IMG/VR virus record: IMGVR_UViG_3300027819_000009
Coordinates: 10,658-74,657 of that record
Direction: 5' to 3' (one strand)
From: a virus
Taxonomy: Duplodnaviria; Caudoviricetes
Length of the DNA stretch: 64,000 nucleotides
Of the stretch, positions 60,071 through 64,000 are shown one piece after another (the first letter of the stretch is position 1; every line of letters starts with the position of its first letter). A program made the translations under genes and the position numbers. The notes below the pieces were generated by a model. That model saw only the letters and a program-made list of their open reading frames with translations. It was not told where the DNA came from and made no database searches.

Positions 60071-61823
60071 GCGGTAAGCGGACTTACCCAACGTAAAGAG
60101 TATTAATAAACTAAAAATAAACAATGGAAACAAAAGTAAAAACACCACGTAAGATTTTTGAGGTAATGATTAGAGATAGTTATTACGATGTTTACGATAT
60201 TGATGGCAAAGAGCATGCTGGATATAATGATACGCCTAAAACTTGGTGGATTTACCACGACGATAGATTGCCAGAAGGGCTTATTCCGCCATCCGATTCG
60301 GAAGCCTTTAAACCTTGGGATGTTGGTATTTTAAGAAGAGTTTGGGATATTCGAATAAAGCAAACCAACTCAACAAAGCATAAATGGGGCGAGACTGATT
60401 TCAGAAACCATACAAACGTCGAGATGTGGTGTAATGGGAAGTTGGTTTATTCTTTTGGGACTTTCGGCACAACCTTCGCATTTGCCAAAGTTCAGTATTT
60501 ACAAACGATATTATCTGAGCATTGCTATAATTTCTTTGAGCCGTCAAAAGAAGATGGCCGTAAGATATATTGGAAAGGACTGCCAGCCACAGTTAAAGTA
60601 AAGAGTTCGACTTGGGAAATTGGAGTTATTCCGGATTATACTGATGGGCTTAATAAAAAGGAATGGTGGGCGGCGCATAAAGAAAGAAGCAAAAAACTAG
60701 GAAACAATAAGCCTTCCGGATATAATTTGGATCAAGCAGAGTTGGATAAGGAAGAAGAGGAAGAATACAACGAGGATGAACAACAAGACTATATTAACTG
60801 GGGAGATGCATTATCCGATCAATACATAGATTGGTTTAGACATTAAAAAATAATTTATGACTGATAAATACGACCAACTAGTAAGATTGCAGAAGGAGAC
60901 TGCCGGCGCCACGTTTAACATGGGCTATTCGACAAAAAGAAACATGCACTATGTTTACGTTATTCAAAAAAAGAAAAGGTTTGAAAGCAAGAAAGACCTA
61001 TCCGAATGCATAGATCATGCAACGGCTTATATCATGGAAAACAGAGTTGAAAACACTTTTAATGAAATACGGTGGACGCTAAACGAGTTTAAATACTAAA
61101 GATATGAATGCACACGAAATAAATAAAAGATGGGGCGGACAAATGCTAACCTCTCTAACAGTTCAAGATGCTGCAATAGTTTTTTGTCTTGGAATTAAGA
61201 AGGATGGTAAACTTGCCGTTAGTATGACGTCCGATATTGCAAACCACCTTCAGAAAGAGGCACTGCTAAAATCAATTGAATTATTACAGGAACAAGTTTT
61301 AAAAATGAAATAATGGAAGCAAAAGAGAAGGCTAAAGAGTTGTATGGTAAATTCTATGGATTACATGGATGCAGAAAGCCAGTTTTAAATGGGTGGTTAC
61401 AAGAAGATAACAGGACGGATTCTATGCAGACTAAAACTAGCGTTTTAATTTGTATTGATGAGCAAATACAATTACTTAAAGAACTAGCCGTTAAATTTGA
61501 TAACAACAGCGATGAGTCTTGGTGGTACATTGGTGAATGCGATAATAAGATAGAGTTCTTGGAAGAAGTTAAATCCGAAATAGAAAAGTTATGAGAGCCG
61601 ACCAAGTAGCAAAACAATTGTTCGATGATTACATGGAAGAGATGGATATTCAACATCCTCCAAACGCTAAATATATGGCTATCCGATGCGTAAACTTCTC
61701 CATTGGAAGATTAAAAGCAACGTACTTAAAAAACTACGCCAATACGGTAGATTTTAAGGCGACAAGCGCATATTCAAACGAAATAAAGTTTTTAAATGAA
61801 GTTTTAGAAGAACTAGATAAACT

Positions 61824-62783
61824 ATGATAGGAGACGAGATAATACACGTAACCGGCGATGACATGCCGGAGTTGCATAAGGTAAAAACACTGGAGGACTA
61901 CATTAAGGACTTCTTGGATCAGCACGATGTCCGCCCTGCATCAAGAGAAAGGTATAAGAAATCCCTTAAAAGATTCAGCGAATATGTAAAGCAGAAAAAC
62001 ATCCAGCAAATTACAAAAGCCGAGTTGAAAAACTATAAAGAATACTTAATCGACGACAAACAAGGCCTAAGTAATTTAACCGTTGGCGCCTATATTATAG
62101 CCGTCCGATTGTTTTTTGCCTATTTATATGAGGAGGACATTATTCCAAAAGATATCGCTAAGAAGATTAGCTCTCCGGAAAAGTCTAAAACCCACCAAAG
62201 ACACGCTCTTACCGTAGAGGAATGCACAGCCCTATTAAACTACTACAAGCCAAAGTCACTAAGGGATTACGCTATGATTAATCTTATGCTCCGGACTGGC
62301 CTTCGTACAATAGAGGTGGTTCGTGCCAACATCGAGGATATAGCAATTGTCGGCGGAAAGAGAAGGATATGGGTTCATGGAAAAGGCCGGACAAGCAAGA
62401 CTGATTTCGTATTACTTGAGGATCCTGCCTTTGAGCCACTTACAAAGTATCTGGAATCTAGGCAATGGCACAGTAAATCGGAGCCTCTTTTTGTTTCGGA
62501 ATCTTCGAATAAAAGCAAGGGGACTCGCCTTACTACAAAAACAGTAAGCCTTACGGCAAGAACCGGCTTAAACGCCATTGGACTTACAGGAGAGGAATAT
62601 ACAGCCCACAGCTGCCGGAATACCTTCGGAACGCTGTTGTTGGCAAGCGGAGTGAAATTAGAAAGGGTTCAGCAATTAATGAGACATCACAACATCCAAA
62701 CAACACAGGGGTATGTGGCCGATGCAGAGGAGCAGAGCCGCATAAGTGATGCGCCGGAATCTGTATTAAATAATTTGTTTTAA
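61824..62783 (+). CDS. Tyrosine recombinase/integrase
   Basis: TGLRTIE, VHGKG, HSCRNTF, LMRHHNIQTTQGY (R-K-H-R-H-Y set) plus SAM-like N-domain. Confidence 0.93.
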   Translation: MIGDEIIHVTGDDMPELHKVKTLEDYIKDFLDQHDVRPASRERYKKSLKRFSEYVKQKNIQQITKAELKNYKEYLIDDKQGLSNLTVGAYIIAVRLFFAYLYEEDIIPKDIAKKISSPEKSKTHQRHALTVEECTALLNYYKPKSLRDYAMINLMLRTGLRTIEVVRANIEDIAIVGGKRRIWVHGKGRTSKTDFVLLEDPAFEPLTKYLESRQWHSKSEPLFVSESSNKSKGTRLTTKTVSLTARTGLNAIGLTGEEYTAHSCRNTFGTLLLASGVKLERVQQLMRHHNIQTTQGYVADAEEQSRISDAPESVLNNLF

Positions 62784-62785
62784 AT

Positions 62786-63568
62786 ATGGAATTAAATAAA
62801 ATATATAACGAGGACTGCAACATTACCATGCAGAACATTGATACAAAAAGCGTTGACTGCATAATTACATCTCCACCATATAATACAGCCAGGACAGGAA
62901 CGAACGAAAGGTCTTTTAAAAATTACGAGAATAGATATGATGTTCACCTTGATAACAAAACAGACGCCGAATACTTAGAATGGAGCGTGGCCCTATTTAA
63001 TGGTTATGATAAGATATTAAAGCCTAATGGAAGTATTTTATACAACATTAGTTATTCAAGCGAGAACACAGACCTTATATGGAAGTTTGTGGCTGAAATA
63101 ATTAAATGCACCAATTTTACAACCGCCGACACTATTGTATGGAAAAAGGACTGCGCAATACCAAACAACACGAGTCATAATAAATTAACAAGAATTTGTG
63201 AGTTTGTGTTTGTTTTCGCTAGAAAAACGGAATTAGGAACATTCTTTATGAATAAAGAGGTTAGTAGTACGGCAAGCACAGGGCAGAAATTTTATGAGAA
63301 TAAATTCAACTTCATTGAGGCAAAAAACAACGATGGCAGCAATGATTTAAATAAGGCCACTTTCAGCAGCGACTTTTGCCGGAACCTAATATTGCTTTAT
63401 ACCAGGCCTGGCGCCGTAGTTTATGATAGTTTCATGGGAACCGGCACAACAGCAGAGGCATGTGTAATTGAGGGCCGGCAATACATAGGATCCGAGTTAT
63501 CAGAAGAGCAGTGTAGATATGCTGAAAAAAGGTTAGGGATAAGAATTTCTGCACCGACATTATTTTAA
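62786..63568 (+). CDS. DNA methyltransferase (beta class, probably N4C)
   Basis: ITSPPYN; VYDSFMGTGTT. Confidence 0.92.
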   Translation: MELNKIYNEDCNITMQNIDTKSVDCIITSPPYNTARTGTNERSFKNYENRYDVHLDNKTDAEYLEWSVALFNGYDKILKPNGSILYNISYSSENTDLIWKFVAEIIKCTNFTTADTIVWKKDCAIPNNTSHNKLTRICEFVFVFARKTELGTFFMNKEVSSTASTGQKFYENKFNFIEAKNNDGSNDLNKATFSSDFCRNLILLYTRPGAVVYDSFMGTGTTAEACVIEGRQYIGSELSEEQCRYAEKRLGIRISAPTLF

Positions 63569-63874
63569 TGTACTGCCACAATATGGGCCGTTACAAGGAG
63601 CCTATAGCATCCATAGGCCCAACCACCAATGGCCTATTTAAAGCCAACACGAGCCAAACTACGCCCCTTATATAAAAACATAACTGTTTGAAACACAATA
63701 AAGATAGCATTGGAGGTATCTGAACTTACCGAACGTGCTATTGATGCGGTTTTATTTATCTTTTTTAAACAATAAAATATTTTATAAAAAATTTGGAAAT
63801 AAAGAATTCTTGGTGTATATTTACTCGTTAATAAACGTATGGCGAATTTTAAGCGATATATAGTAACCGGCACC

Positions 63875-64000
63875 GCGATCCGCTTTGCGAATGGCTTTGG
63901 CTTTTGTCAAAGCGAGTGTTCCCCGAAGGCCTCTGGCCGGCGGGGCTTCGAGAAGCGGATCGCATTCCCCAAAAGCAGGGAGGGGGCGCTTGCGCCAGGA
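63875..64000. other. GC-rich multi-stem structured element (possible ncRNA or boundary), truncated by the window end
   Basis: Perfect 11-bp GCGATCCGCTT/AAGCGGATCGC stem enclosing two hairpins. Confidence 0.45.

Noticed and set aside
5425-63873. Many opposite-strand ORFs in the track (e.g. 5425..5862, 16999..17370, 27000..27500, 37590..38045, 52651..52980)
   Set aside because: They are shadows of longer, motif-bearing genes and have S/F/L-rich antisense composition.
1-64000. CRISPR array, DGR or retron
   Set aside because: No repeat-spacer periodicity, reverse transcriptase or TR/VR pair was seen.

Overview
An AT-rich, gene-dense segment of a large temperate virus. It probably infects a Bacteroidota host: TAnnTTTG promoters recur, Shine-Dalgarno sites are not evident and start contexts are A-rich. 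Layout: (i) 1-8 kb, small early-type genes, a Doc toxin with a mini-antitoxin, an acyl carrier protein and a K/E/P-rich operon; (ii) 8-13 kb, two DNA methyltransferases, CspA, an A32/FtsK-HerA-like ATPase and tRNA-Gly; (iii) 13-34.8 kb, a minus-strand glycan locus (gmd, fcl, GT2/GT6/GT9-like/GT11, several methyltransferases) interrupted by homing-type endonucleases, a Fic gene and a tRNA-like element with an anticodon-arm insert; (iv) 34.9-51.5 kb, a plus-strand morphogenesis module with two tandem ~80%-identical beta-rich capsid-like genes, about 17 membrane-anchored proteins, an HExxH protease, a membrane-anchored GH108 lysozyme, a LEA_2 protein, spike-like proteins and a holin/spanin-like cassette; (v) 51.4-64 kb, HD protein, DnaB, replication initiator, a circularly permuted two-piece tmRNA, RecT, a DnaA-C-like protein, a tyrosine integrase and a third methyltransferase. 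I recognised no terminase, portal, HK97 capsid or tail genes. Best hypothesis (inference, needs structure prediction): an unusually large tailless, inner-membrane, jelly-roll-lineage virus whose structural proteins share a recurring A-[D/N]-G motif, possibly processed by its own metalloprotease. All domain calls come from motif recognition by eye; no database searches were run.
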